DNA of 59,018 nucleotides, counting the filler. It is 9 parts of 9 records of this genome, joined end to end, with 100 filler letters (N's around TTAATTAATTAA, not from the genome) between each part and the next. Parts side by side here need not be neighbours in the genome. Positions count along the whole stretch, not along the records: positions 53,987 to 59,018 come from SRR31156797_15123; 8 more parts are not named here. One strand, 5' to 3'. Within the stretch, counting starts at the first letter, position 1, and each line of letters opens with the position of its first letter. Positions 58,827 to 59,018 of the stretch are shown here, piece after piece. Both the position numbers and the translations under genes were made by a program. Below the pieces are notes generated by a model. That model ran no database searches. It saw only the letters and a program-made list of their open reading frames with translations, and was not told the origin of the DNA.

Positions 58827-59018
58827 AAAACTGCCTTTCTTGAGTATTATTTTCCTTCACTGTAATCGAAAAATCACATCTCGTGATTTCATACCGCTGC
58901 ATTCAGCCCCAACATCACATTAATACATTTTTTAGCCCTCGACTGATAAATCTACTGTGGCGTCTCAGAAGTTCATTGTAACTTTAATGGTCTCAAATCT
59001 GTCATTGCGAGCGAAGCG

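Noticed and set aside
1-59018. CRISPR arrays, rRNA/tRNA genes, integrases, transposases, prophage genes
   Set aside because: None seen by eye in the intergenic regions or the ORF track; RloB proteins are sometimes mislabelled Csm2-like, but no cas context exists here.

Overview
This window is not one locus. It is nine unrelated contigs joined by eight identical 100-nt artificial linkers (44 N + TTAATTAATTAA + 44 N), so no linkage should be read across a linker. (A, 1-7948) Spirochaete flagellar locus: flaB-flaG-fliD, an unknown gene, a PilZ protein, tsaE-tsaB and an HD-GYP protein, preceded by a long, heavily structured flaB leader. (B, 8049-13178) Bacteroidota sucA-sucB and a GH43. (C, 13279-18400) ArcE/cPGS-family ATPase directly upstream of carbamate kinase, then fbp, a stand-alone PK_C-like gene, a PHP protein and a REP-like end. 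(D, 18501-24126) Spirochaete-like contig with a histidine kinase, a DUF4230-like pair and an FTR/glutaredoxin/thioredoxin cluster. (E, 24227-29506) arcC-ygeW-(ridA remnant)-xdh-ssnA purine/pyrimidine catabolism cluster. (F, 29607-35675) Deltaproteobacterial-type T2SS genes J-K-L-M-D. (G, 35776-43529) AT-rich lolC/E-lolC/E-lolD-bamA-skp operon with an MBL-fold gene, an APH-like kinase and htpG. (H, 43630-53886) MBL-fold gene, an AT-rich AAA_21 + RloB (AbiL-like) defence pair, and cusA-metal chaperone-SLC13-SBP-USP genes. (I, 53987-59018) Hybrid kinase, sigma-54 activator and MCP. The best leads are the putative arginine synthetase (ArcE) pathway, the structured flagellin leader RNA, and the RloA/RloB pair with atypical TOPRIM residues. 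All calls come from motif reading and recall; no database searches or folding programs were run, and taxonomic labels are inferences.
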